A DNA stretch of 64,000 bases from Cetorhinus maximus. Lineage: Eukaryota. The translations under genes and the position numbers were made by a program. Under the pieces are notes generated by a model. The model was given only the letters and a program-made list of their open reading frames with translations. It was not told the DNA's origin and did not search any database. The DNA lies in contig NC_135887.1 of the NCBI RefSeq assembly GCF_964194155.1, positions 16,864,001 to 16,928,000 of the forward strand, written 5' to 3'. This document shows, one piece after another, positions 12,601 to 24,844 of this stretch (position 1 is the stretch's first letter; every line of letters begins with the position of its first letter).

Positions 12601-12903
12601 TTGGTGCATCCAACAAGATTGAGGATAAGTTCACTCAGCCATCTTCCAGTTGGTGTCTACATGGAAGTTAGAGGTGATATTAATGAAATCACTTCCAACC
12701 AGTTGACTGGTGCTTAACAATGAGATTGATGAGCTGCCCTCAGAGCTCTTGCAGAGATGCTAAACTCAGTGGGAATTAAACACAGTCCAATCGCAGCAAG
12801 CTCAAATTCCTTACCTCATCCAAAGCTCAGCATTTGTGGGTATGTGCATAGGCTTAGAACAAACAATCCCATGATCTGGAACTTAGGACTGAGCAAACCC
12901 TAT

Positions 12904-13547
12904 GGGTAGAATTTTGCCCTGGGCATGCGGGATCGGCAGAGGCGGGCGGGAAGCTGCCTGCCGCCTGCGATCTCAGTGATTTTACGCGGACGGGCCATTT
13001 AAGGCCCACCCAGCGTGATACGGGAGCAGCAGCGCTGAGTGCTGCCAGTGTGGGCGGAGGGAGGATGGCGAGCAGGCCTAGAGCGAACTTCGCACATGCG
13101 CGCGAAAGAGCGCTGGATAATCTCCCTGAGGCACGGAGCTGCCTCAGGGAGACGGGGAATATTATTGAAAAATTATTAAACATCAGAAAAAATGTAATAA
13201 AACAGGCCCCCTCATGTGACTCGGTCACATGGGCAGGGACGTGTTTTTAATTAAAAATCGGAAGTTTTTATTTCAGTTGCGTTTGCTTTTGGAAACCTCA
13301 TCCCGCCCGTGGATGGGGGTTTCCAAACCCTTTTTGCCTGCCCGTTAGGCTGAACGGGCAGTGAAAAACTCAGGACAGTTGATAACTTCACGGCCCTAAC
13401 GGGCCTTTTAATTGTCGGCGGGCGGGCGTGTTGCCGGCTCCGGCGTGTGCCCGCCCACCGAACCATCGCGCGGCTGCGCATTGACGCCATCTCATGCTCG
13501 GTCAGGTCAAGCGTGCGCCCAGCCGCCGAGCTAAACATCCTGTCCCC
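12904..13547. mobile_element. Harbinger-like MITE related to 1218-2313
   Basis: gggtagaatttt / aacatcctgtccc ends, flanks tat/cat; shares the tccctgaggca..tgcctcaggga hairpin and the ggaaacctcatcccgccc motif. Confidence 0.7.
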
Positions 13548-14124
13548 ATGAAACGGAATTCTTTCAGGACGCAGCTCATCATACGGCCCGAGTGTGTCGA
13601 GCTGTAGCTGACACTTTGATGCAAAGAAAAAAGAAGCCTGTGTAAACCCAAGAAAGGAGACACAGTCTCCTTTAAGGTTTCTGGTCCTGAGTTTAATTAC
13701 CTGTGTGCTCCTGGTTGGAACTGAAACGCGATGTGACAACCTCTCAACACAGTTGAGGGGCACAACAATGTGGCAATGGAATGTGATACGGTAGGGATGG
13801 TTAATGTGTACCTGATGTGTTGCAATATGGTGAGGAAACACTGACAGAGATCCACTTGCCCACAGTAATGCCCACAGCATTCCAGCAACAAGGGAACAAT
13901 TCAAACTCACATGACATTAATAGGCTATCTTAATTCTGTCCCATAGGTGAACAGAGCCTGTGACAGTCTAAGCATTCTGTTTGTTCCTGATGATAACCAC
14001 GTAGTGTGGTAATTGTGAGATGTAATTCTGGATTACACGGGGCACCTTGTGTCAGTACGTGTTATAATCCGTGATGGTTAAGCCTCTCTCGGTTGTTTTT
14101 CTGTCGACTCTTGTGGCGCACTTT

Positions 14125-14512
14125 GATAGAATCATAGGATAATCACATCACGAATGGAGGCCATTTGGCCTGTCAAGCCCGTGTCAGCACTCTGCAAGAG
14201 CAATTCAGCCAGTCCCACTCCCCTGCCCTCTCCCTGTAGCCCTGCAGTTTGTTTTTTTCTCTCTTGGGTGCTTAACCCATTCCCTTTTGAAAGCCAGGCA
14301 GTGCATTCCAGACCGTCACTGCTTGCTGTGCGAAAAAAACTTTGGCTCTTTCACCTTAAGTCTATGCCCTCTGGTTCTCGACCCTATATTCAAACATTTC
14401 TCCCTAAATACTCTGTCCACACTTCTACCCTCTCAACTTTCTCTTTTCTAAGGAGAACAGCCCCAACTTCTCTAATCCATCCTCGTGACTGACGTCCCTC
14501 AGGCCTGGAACA
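14125..14512 (-). mobile_element. CR1 LINE 3' fragment
   Basis: ggaggccatttggcc tail and ctaaggagaacagccccaacttct motif. Confidence 0.7.
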
Positions 14513-14539
14513 GCCTGTGTGTTACAGCACATTTTTTTC

Positions 14540-14875
14540 TCTTTTCGTTCGTGGGATGTGAGTGTCGCTGGCTAGGCCAGCATTTACTACCCTAATTGCC
14601 CTTGTTCAGAGGTCATAAAAGTCAACCACATTGCTGTGTGGTCTGGAGCCACATGTAGGCCAGACCGGGCAAGGATGGCAGATTTCTTTCCCTAAAGGTC
14701 ATTGGTGAACCAGATGGGTTTTTGTGACAATGGGCATTGGTTTCATGGTCACCAGACTTTTATTGAATTCAAATTCCACCATCTGCTGTGGTGGGATTTG
14801 AACCTGGGTCCCACAGAGCAATTACCCTGGGTCTCTGGAATACTAGTCCAGTGACAGTACCACTATGCCATCGCC
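14540..14875 (-). mobile_element. tRNA-derived SINE with LINE-A-type 3' tail
   Basis: Reverse of the 54828-55222 copy, including B-box gtgggatttgaacc. Confidence 0.85.
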
Positions 14876-16861
14876 CACCCCCCCCTTGTGGAGTTATTGA
14901 GCCTATCTCTTGCGAGGATCCCATGCACCACAAAGTATTGAAATATCCCAGTGTTGAATCCAACTTTCTCCATTGCTGTGCCCATTGACTGCACTCCTCG
15001 TGAGCTCAACACCTACTATTTCCTGGCGCAGTCTTACTTGACAGGAATGTAGATCAAAGAGACCACCCCGCAGGTCAGTGGATCTAATTCGCCGCTGATT
15101 CTAATTTCCCGGCCATTGATTCTCGAGCTGGAAACCAGGAGTGTGCCTCGCCCGCCCCCTCGCCCGCCACACTGGGTTCAGCCACACTGGGTTCAGCCAC
15201 ACTGACTCACTTGCTCAATTCTCCAACCCCTGGTCCACACAAGGGAGGCCCCCAACTACCCTGACTGACCTTCCAAAAAAAAATGAGAATCGCAATGGGA
15301 GAAAATGAAATAATTAAGATGATTCTCTGATTATAAAAAAGAGGAAAGTGTGATTGTCGTACCCCTCCTTTTACAACGCCTCTTTGAAATTTGGGTAAAG
15401 CCAGTTCTTGCACCTGAAGTGTTAGTGGAGTTTGCAGACAAATGGTAGAGTGTTTGTTCTAAAGGGCTGGGGAACTAGATCCAAGAGAAGAAGCCATTCT
15501 TTGCAGTACTCCTGTCTCTCCCCAATTAGTTAACGCTGCTCGGGAGGTTGTAGCGAGCCTTTGAATTCTCAACCACCCCCCCCACATCACCAATATTTCA
15601 AGTGTTAAAATGAGTCTCCTGATTTATTGATGATGATTTATGGGGGAGGGGCTTTGTGCACACTTTGAGAGACGATATTTTGAACTGGATACACAAGGGC
15701 ATATAGTTCTGACAGAATACATTGTACTTAACAGTACAGAAAGGCCATTTGGCTGCACTCGTTCATACCAATGGCTGTGCTCCACATGAGCCTCCTCCCA
15801 TCCTACTTCATCTCACCCTGTCAACATAACCTTCTGTTCATTTATTTCTCTCTCTCTCTCTCCATCTCACTCTCTCCATCTCGCTCTCTCTCTCTCTCTC
15901 TCTCATGTGTTTAGCTAGCTTCCCCTTCACTGCACCTATTCTAATCACCTCAGCCACTCCCTGTGGCAACGAGATCCACCTTCTCGCCACACTCACAAGT
16001 AAATAAGTATAAAACTTCTCCTTAATGCCTCACTGGAGTTGTTAGTTGACTGCCTTGTGTTTGCGAGCCTCGGTTGTTGGACTAGGGGAAAGGTTTGACC
16101 AGAATCCGGTGAGGATGGCTGTGTGTGAAAAGCTAGGCAGACTGACCGCCTGGTTCGGTTTTGCTTCCCGGGATAAGGCTGACTTGGGGGTGGGGGGTGG
16201 TAAATGTGCAGTTTGTGTGATGGGTGCACTAGATATCCCTGTCTTGGTGTGCCTCTTAAGGCTGTCAATCAACCATGCGGGCAGGCTGGAAGCCATAAGG
16301 CTCCCTGTGAGCTGGGAGCTGGTGAGTCAGGCAACACCCACAGAGCTGGAGCTGCCTGACATCAGTGAAGAGCAAACGAATGCAATGAGGCTTTCCGATG
16401 CTATTTTTGGCTCGGTAACAGACGGAGGCAGGTTCTAAAAAAAAAAATCTGCACGTACGATTTTATTGTCTCAAGTGAGGGTTATTTTTGGATGTGCTTC
16501 TGAATTTGAATTAAGGAAAATTATGGGTTCTGGAAGCTTTAGATTGGGTGGGGGTGTCGGGGGGGTGGGGGGGTGAAGAGAAAAGTGGATAATGTGCGAT
16601 GGAAGGAATGACTTCACTGCCAGGGCTTCAATCCCCTTTAATTACTGGCCCCATCATGTCACGGCGTGTGTATTCTGATTAAATGGCTTTGTACCTAGGC
16701 TGGGCTGTATTCTCTGATCGTTCTGCATAGTAGCTCCAACCTGCTGGTAGGGTTTTTTTTAAAGAAAGGAAATGACTCAGACCCTGCGAGCCACCTGCGC
16801 TTTGATGTGCCGCCGACAAAATCCCCTCTGCCTCGATTCTCTCCCACATCACCACTTTAGA

Positions 16862-16943
16862 AATAGGAACAGAGAAATGCTGGAAGGACTCTCAGCAGCT
16901 CTGGCAGGAGAGAGAGAGAGAAAAACAAGAGTTAACGTTTCGA
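16862..16943. mobile_element. Penelope-derived short repeat fragment
   Basis: gaaatgctggaa..cagcagctctggcag..gagttaacgtttcga, same as 27838-27973. Confidence 0.6.
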
Positions 16944-17600
16944 ATCAGTTATCACTTTAGACCCCCTCCTGCCACCAGCCGTGCCCCTAATATGGGTTGG
17001 GGGGGGCAGCTCAAAAGTGCTCTGATCAGGAGCAGCCCCCCAAACCATAACCCCACCCCCCCACCCAAAGTTTGGAAAGGGTTCATGTACAAAATGAACC
17101 TTCTTGTCTGTTAGAGCGTTCGCCCCACCATCACCACCACCACTAAAGTTTGGAAAGAGTTCATCTTACAAAATGGACCCTCTTGTCTGTTAAAGCGTTC
17201 GCTGTGTGAAAAGTTTTGCCTGTCTTTTATGCTTTGTGACAAGAACGTTGACAGGAACCCTGTACAAGAGCTAGCTCAGTTTCTGCGATATTCATTCAGC
17301 ATGTGTGAGCTAACCAGGAAACATCTCTTCATACTCTCGCTCTCTCTCTCTCTCTCTCTCTCTTTTTATTGGCTGTAGTTTTCTTTTTTTTTTGGTTTCG
17401 TGCTGTACAAATGAATGAGCCTCATTTATATTTGGATATTTATATATCATTTTTAATTATATTAAGAATAATCATCCACCTCTGATTTACTTTTTATGTT
17501 TTTTTTTTAAAAATTGCAACTTCTTTGATTCTTTTTTTTTTAAAAAAAAATCCTTTTGGGGTATCACACCATTAATTTCTTTTCTTATTTCACTTTTCAG

Positions 17601-17641
17601 ACTGTTTCCAGATTTCACAAGATATTATTTTTATCAACTAA
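17601..17641 (+). CDS. MSI2: MSI2 alternative last exon, coding part (short isoform C-terminus)
   Basis: tttcttatttcacttttcag|AC TGT TTC CAG ATT TCA CAA GAT ATT ATT TTT ATC AAC TAA; phase 1 after the 9614-9688 exon gives ...QFP-DCFQISQDIIFIN*, matching the human short isoform end (DYLPVSQDIIFIN, from memory). Confidence 0.88.
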
Positions 17642-18212
17642 ATTTTTCCCCCCCCCGCCCCCCTTGCAAGTTAGCGAGGTTTCCTGCAGTGTTAATGAGA
17701 ACCTGGGTGGCTGGCTGTGATTAATTATTGCCTTTCGCTGGAATTATCACTAATAATAACTGCCTGGGCCCATCACCTCATTTATATTTATATATATATT
17801 TTTAATTATTTTTTAAAACACATTCCATCAGCTGTCCACCATTTTGCTTCCTGCATGATTAATTTGCTTCTGATAATTTAAATGCTTGCTTTATTTTTTG
17901 CTGTATTGTACAAACAGTTCCTTCCATGTCACTCTCTCAGTTCCGCGAGTTGTGGACAGCGCTTTCTATTTTTACATTTGCTGAACGACCCCCTCCCCTC
18001 CCCCCACCTCCCCTCCCCCCCTCCCCTCCTCCTCCCCTCCCCTCCTCCTCCCCCACCACCCCCCTTCTCACAAGGTTTCAGTTTTAAAAAAGAAAAATTC
18101 TTATTTTTAATAGTCCCTGAAGTTTAAAAAAAAAAATGGTGGCTGGATATTAACTGCGCCGTAATCTCTCGAGATTTGTTTTTATTAGGTCAATAGTTAG
18201 CAACCCCCCCAC

Positions 18213-18355
18213 CACAACAACTTGTAGTTTATATAGCACCCGTAACATCCCAAGGTGCTTCACAGGAGCATTATCAGATAAATTCTGACACCAAGACGCA
18301 TAAGGAGATTTAAGGACAGCTAACAAAAAGCTTGGTCAAAGAGGTGGGATTTAAC
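18213..18355 (-). mobile_element. L2 LINE 3' tail
   Basis: acaacaacttgtagtttatatagc...aaaagcttggtcaaagagg. Confidence 0.75.
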
Positions 18356-19780
18356 TACCGCCCACCAGTTTTTAAGTCCAATATGGAACAGAATCTTTCC
18401 ACACTGGAATGCTGCTAGTTTGTTACCATAGTCTGAATTAACTGGTAATCAGCTAGTTGGAGCCAGCCAGAGTGACAGGATGTGACCAGTTATCCACCTT
18501 TGCCACAATAATCATGCAGCAATGGTCCCTTAGTGTCCTGGACCAGTGAAGAGCATTAACTTAAGCCAGCTTCCCTCTCTTGCACCAATGATTGTGTGTT
18601 GAGTTTCGATGGTGAGCCCCCCCCCCCCCATTGTCAAATAGCTTGCTGCTGCCCACTGCCGAGGCACAAGTGACTAATGGCCACTTGGGCAAAATGCCAA
18701 AGAGTGGCTGGGCCTGTGGAATTGCACCCCAACATGAGTCCGTGACTTCAGAAGCGGTGGGTGTTTTGGGGGAGTGTTGGTCACGGGGGGTTAAAAGTTG
18801 TGGAAACTCAGACCTATTATAATGAGGGGTTGTGCCACAATCTTCAGGGACTTTTTAAGAGTTTCAAAAAAGGCACTACATGAAAATTTGTGAGAAGTGT
18901 GATGCGTACTAGGGATTAATTGTGTATTTAAAAAGAGAAGTCTCCCTTTTCTTGGCTTAACAAGGCTGTACGTTCAGTTGCTATGGAGGTTGTTAACCAT
19001 ACCATAATTAAGATGGCTGCTTGTTAACCATGTTGCTCTTTGCAGTGACACTGCCTTCTTTGTCAACAAGATAGGTGATTAAACATTTTCACAAGCAGAA
19101 GGACTTGTGACAGTATTTTTTCTTTATCTAGTGCAAATGAACAATAAAGAAATTGGACTAAAATGATCCATATTCTGAGCAAAATCCAGTTATTTTTTTT
19201 GGTTGGCAAAATTTTTGTCACCCAAAGTAAAGGCCTTCGGGCCTAGTGCTGCAGGGCTACTTGCTTCTTAAACACTTTACTGCAGGAGTCCAGTTCAAAA
19301 AGTACTCTAAAGCTGAATGAAGTCAGTCAGATTCTTTAACCTTCACTGAGTCCAGTCTACATAAGCCAGTGAAAGGAAAGCTTTCTTAACTTAATTTTTT
19401 TGAAGGTCACTTAATTAATAAGTCACGGAAGCCAAACAAGCTTAAATTATCACGTCACTCTGTTCCTGTTAATTAAACATGCTTGATGTAATTAATTGTA
19501 TAGCTTGAAATAGTGTTGAAGTCACTGGCTTTCTACTCTGTATTTTTTTGTAATGTGAAGACACTGGTCTCCTTGTTGACTCTTTATTTTGTGATAGTAG
19601 AACTGTGAATACTGATTGTTGCTTAGTTTGAAAGTGATTTGAGTTTTTTTTTCTGTTGTGGATTAGAACGGTCCCTTTTCTCACTTATCTGTAATCATAG
19701 CTCCTTTGTTCTGCTTTTAAAATTTCATTTTTTCCCTTTTTTTTTTAAAAGTATTTTGCTGTACCTAATTTAGACAGACA

Positions 19781-19860
19781 AATAAAGAGAATTTCCTTCA
19801 ATAAATCTTATGCAGTGTGTGTGTGTGCTCCTCTTTTAACTGCAATTTCTTTTTTTTTTG
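19781..19860 (+). terminator. Candidate polyadenylation site of the MSI2 short isoform
   Basis: AATAAA at 19781 and 19800, upstream TGTA, downstream (GT)n and T-rich tract; another AATAAA at 19143. Confidence 0.4.
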
Positions 19861-21499
19861 ACCATTTAACAGGCAGTAGCTCTCCCCATCTTCCCCCTCC
19901 TCCCCCACCCCCACTTGGCCTCAATTGGACAGACCAGGGCACAATGCGATTTGACCTGCAGCTTGTGCTGACCTCAAGGGCGCTGCAGTTCATCTGAGCA
20001 TCCGTAGACTAGAGAAAGTGGAGGGGGTGCGGAGGGGAGAGATAAGAAAAACAGGCCAGAGCTCACACTCCCGATTACAGTCCAGTGATCCTTGTGTCTC
20101 CCCCCCCCTCACCCCAACCCCTCATTCCCGTTGTCCCAATGGAAAGGAAAATGCCAAGCGCAGGCTGACTGTGATGCTCGGTTGCCCTCCTGGTGAGGCT
20201 GATGTGGGAAAAATAGCCACTTGGGGCAGGACACCAAAGTGATGCCTGTCAGCTGCAAAATTATACCCCAGCGTGTGTAAGCACCATCAGAATGGACAAG
20301 GTCCATCGCAAGGTGTTCCCTCATGTAAAGACATTTTGTGTAGCCAGTTCCAGTGAGACATGTGAGCCACTGAGACGGGGTCTCACTCCAGGGCACAGAG
20401 GTTCTGCTCAGTGAGTGGTTCTATGCCAAGTCGGCTGGGCAGGTGGATGTTATGGCTGCGCCCACCCTGAGCTGCTATATCCCGTGATGCAGCCTAAGCA
20501 GAAGAGAGGTACGGGCAGCAGAACAGTTTTGCCTCTGGCGCTGCCAGTGCCATCACCTCAACACCTTTTGATGTTGGTGGCAAATGAAGTTCAGACAGCA
20601 GGAAGGGGCCCAGCAAGTTAGTGGTCAGCGATTTAAAGATCCTGGCAGTTTGGAGAGCCTCTGATTTGTTGATGGGGACTTCAATCATTTCCTGGCTGAC
20701 GTCATTTCTTAAAACTGGCCAAAGAAAAAGCTCTTTCCTTATTGTGCTGTACTGCCAGCGATTGTGTCCTCTATTTCAGACAGCAAATATCCCACAGTGT
20801 GTCACTGAATTGGCTCTCTTTTGGGGCAACAATATGGCTGTTAAATGGTTAAATTTGAGCAAATAATCAATGCGCATCATTTTTCACGCTAAATTTGACC
20901 AAATTCACGCTGAATTTAAGCTTCATTTGAAGTTGAAATTTCATAGTTTATTTAATCACTAAACAAATACCCTCATCCAATCTTGCATGAACTTTACTTG
21001 CATGAAATGACAATTGCTTTGTTTGAAAAAGGGCACTGGTCATGTGTGCGTGTGTGTTTGCGTGCATGCGTGTGCATGCTTGTGTGCATGCGTGTGCAAG
21101 CGTGTGTGCGCGTGCGTGCGTTTTTTCTGTTTTCTCTGAACCTCCCCACCCTTTGATTTCCACGCAAGCAACAAGCCACACAGTTTACACACTTACAGGT
21201 CTTTGTGTCTCCTTGTGAAAGTGCGCGAGACCCTGCTTCTTCCACCATTCCAACACTTCACCTGGTTACAGGGCCTCTGGCATTTTGCAGACTTGTACCC
21301 CAGGCGGCTAATACTCAAACTATTTTCATTCTGGCGATTGAGAATTCTCCTTTCCTTGCACCCGTAGTATGCGCAGAAATAAAGTTCCACAGCTCAAAAT
21401 GTTTGCACGGAGCCCCTTAGCATACGAATATCAGCTCTGGTCCTTAACCTGCTCAATAAGCAGGAGACTCCGCACATTTACACAGCAGCAAACAACGAG

Positions 21500-22312
21500 G
21501 GTAATAACAGATTTTCGGAGAACATAGACACAGTGAAATGGGCAGCCACGTGGCAGATACAATTTAATGCAGCAAAGTGTTGCATTTTGGTAGGAAGAGT
21601 GAGGAGAGACAATAAGAACTATATGGTACAATTTTTAACGGAGGGATCAGGAACAGAAAAGCCTGGCAGTGTATGTACACAAGTCCTTGATGGCGGCAGG
21701 ACCAATTGAGAAGGCTTTTATAAAAAAATCATTCAGAATCTGTGGCTTTATAACTAGAAGCGTAGAGTACAAAAGCAGGGACATTGTGGTGAACCTTTAT
21801 TAGGCCCCAGCTGGAGTATTGCAGCCAGTTCTGGATGCTGACTTGAGGAAGGATACCGAGGTTGAAGAGGAGAGTTATTGGAACGGGCGGCAGGGATGCA
21901 GGAATTCAGTGATGTGACGAGACCGGAGAAGCTGAGGTTGTTCTCCTTAGAGCAGCGAAGGCTAAGGGGAGACGTGCAAAATTGTGAGGGGTTTTGATCA
22001 GAGTAAATAAGGAGAAACTATTTCGATAGCAGAAAGTTCAGTAACCAGAGGGGTACAGATTTAAGAAAAGAATCCGAGGTGAGATGAGCGAGTCTTACAC
22101 AGCGAGTTGTTGTGATCTGGAATGTGCTGCGCGAAGGGGTGGCCGAAGCAGATCCAATAATAACTTTCGAAGGGGAATTGGACGAACACTTGAAGGGGAA
22201 GAATCAGTGGAGCTCTAGAGCAGGGGAAATGAGCCAAGTGGATAGCTCTTTCAAAGAGCCAGCACAGGCACAAAGGGCCAAATGGCCATCTGGACTGTCT
22301 CGTTCTATGATT
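21500..22312 (+). mobile_element. CR1 LINE 3' fragment
   Basis: tggcagatacaatttaatgcagcaaagtgt through RVVVIWNVL and gggccaaatggcc tail. Confidence 0.85.
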
Positions 22313-23456
22313 CACAGTGATTGGTTCCAATCCTGCTGCCTAAATGGGAAACCCCACAAAAATGCACCTCTTTATCCCTGCTGAATGGTCGGGACCGGAA
22401 CACATTTACAGAGAGTGACCCACACTCTGCTGAATGAGCTGGCAGTGTTACCCTGTCGGATTAACTGGAAAATACCGCAGTTATGCAGTGAATAGCCCTT
22501 GACCCTGAATAAGCAGGAGCACCACACAGCTGCACAGTAAGTAATCTCTAAACAGCAGCTCTATATAGTTAGCACAGCAAACACAAGGGAAGTAAAGCAG
22601 CATCAGGTAGATGAAAATCCTGTTGACTAAGTGAAGGTCTTGCGAGAAGACTTTGGGTTCTGGGTAGCGTTTGGAGTGTTAGATTCAGCATCAGGCAGTG
22701 CTACACGAGGCCAGAAATCACTCTGAGCTGTAACTGCCCAGAGTCACTCTCTCAGTGCTTGAGAAAAGGAACATTGACGCTCACAGTGCTGAGTGACTTT
22801 ACTGGCAATACACTGCAAGATGTCGGGGGGAAAGAAGGAAGGAAACAAAGAGAAAAGAAGGAGGGAATCACATCCACAGTTTCCACTGACATTGAGACAT
22901 GTAGCCAGCAGCAGTCTTTTTAAAATATCTGGTCTGTTTTTCACTCTGGTCAAAGTAGGGCAGTTGAGGATGTTTTGTCAAAGATTTCCATTTTTAGGCC
23001 CCTCGTAATCCGCCCCTTATAAGTTTTATTGCGTAGATAAATATCTGGTAGGGGGAAAACTTACAGGGCTATGGGGTAAGAGCAGAGGAGTGGTTTTAAC
23101 AGGCGAGCTCCTGCAGAAAAAGAGCCAACACAACAGGCACAATGGGCCAAATGGCCTCCTTCTGTGCTGTATCATTCTATCTGTTGAAAGTATCTGCAAA
23201 CTGATTGGCTGAGGCCCTTTTTAAAATATCTTTCTGCCTGACTGGAGCTGAGTGATGTCCGCGCTGTGACATCGCAATATTGCAGCGTCAACAAAGAATC
23301 TCCACTGACAGAATGTCAGAAAGTGACCTCAGGCCAGGTTTGTTTGGAGCCTGTGAGGTGCCTTCACTTCAAGGGAAAGTCCAACCTCCGAATAAACTGT
23401 TCAAGACTCAAAAGGATCCTCCAATATCAATGATCCCAATCACGCATCAGCACGTT

Positions 23457-23842
23457 GGGGAGATGGTGGCAGTGTGGTAACGTCACTGGGCTAGTCATCC
23501 AGAGACTCAGGCTCTGGGGACATGGGTTCAACTCCCATCACCACAGCTGGTGCAATTTTAAAGTCAACTCATAAACTTGGAATATAAAACTAGCCTTGTT
23601 AATGGTGACCATGACAACTATCATCGATTGTTATTTTTAAAAAACCCATCTGGTTCACTAATGTCCTTTAGTGAAAAAAATCTGTTATCCTTCCTTGGTC
23701 TGGAGACACATGTAGGCCAGACCCTCTTAACCGCCCCCTGAAATGGCCTAGCAAGCCACTCAGTTCAAGGGCAATGAGGGATGGGCAACAGATGCTGGCC
23801 TTGCCAACGATGTCCACGTCCCATGAAAGAACAAACAAAAAA
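23457..23842 (+). mobile_element. tRNA-derived SINE with LINE-A tail
   Basis: ggtggcagtgtggtaa head, gggttcaactccc B-box, ccatctggttcactaatg core, gggcaatgagggatgggcaa tail. Confidence 0.85.
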
Positions 23843-24844
23843 TGTTATTTGAGCGTGGAGAGCTGAAGCTTGTCCTCCAATGCTATAATATTTTCTGATG
23901 TTATCTGGAATGCACAGCCTTATAAAGGATGATGGAAGCAAATTGAATGGTAACTTTCAGAAGGGAACTAGATAAATACTTGAGGAAGAAAAATTTGCAG
24001 AGCCACGGGGAAGGACAAATTTGTTTTTTCAAAGAGCTAGCATGAGCACGTTGGGCTGAATGGCTTTGCTTTCTGACTGTGTGATATTGCCACATGCACA
24101 CTCCCAGCAGGGCTCGCTGGACAGCAGTCAGGAGCTGAGAACCTTTTTAAAAGCACGTTTTGCCTCCTCCGCACTCTTCATTCCTGCTGTACTGGGCAGG
24201 GGGATATGCTCCCCTCCTGCCAGTGTCAGAGATCTCCTCCATGATTGGCTCAGTGTCCAAGCAAAGTGGAGCCATCTCATCCGAGGCCCAGTATCCTGCT
24301 CTGTCATTACAGTCGCTGCTCTCTCACTGTATCCCCTCTCACTCATGCATTCAACGGCAAGAGTCCTTGTAAAAATGATACTGCGTGAAGGTGCACAAAG
24401 ACGCAGCTTGCTCTCCCCCAGCCTTACATCCCTGAGCTCTCCCTCTGACTGGCTTTCTTTTGTATTCCCCCGCCCCCTGCTCCCTTCACCCCTCCTCCGC
24501 CATGGGCTTCAGCCCTTCAGTTCCTTCAGCCACCTGGGGTTCCACATTTTGGAATTCTTCCTGAAACTCCTCTGCCTGCCCATCTCCATCTCTTATCATT
24601 CATTTTCATCTGATTATGCCTCCGTGAAGCCCCTTGGGCCATTTTTGCAGACACACCCAGAACACACCTGTGTTCGTTGCATGATGCTGACAGGACAAGT
24701 TGATAACAGAATCTTTACAGTGCAGAAGGAGGCCATTATGGCCCATTGCGTCTTCACTGGCTCTCTGAAAGAGCATTCTACCTAGTCCCACTCCCCTGCC
24801 TTATTCCCGTAACCTTGCACATTCTTGCATAAGTCAATTAGAAA

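Noticed and set aside
20480-20650. LF-SINE-like remnant on the minus strand
   Set aside because: Only short patchy resemblance; cannot support without alignment
24060-24785. 241-aa ORF
   Set aside because: Spans decayed L2/CR1 pieces; no coherent domain or splice signals
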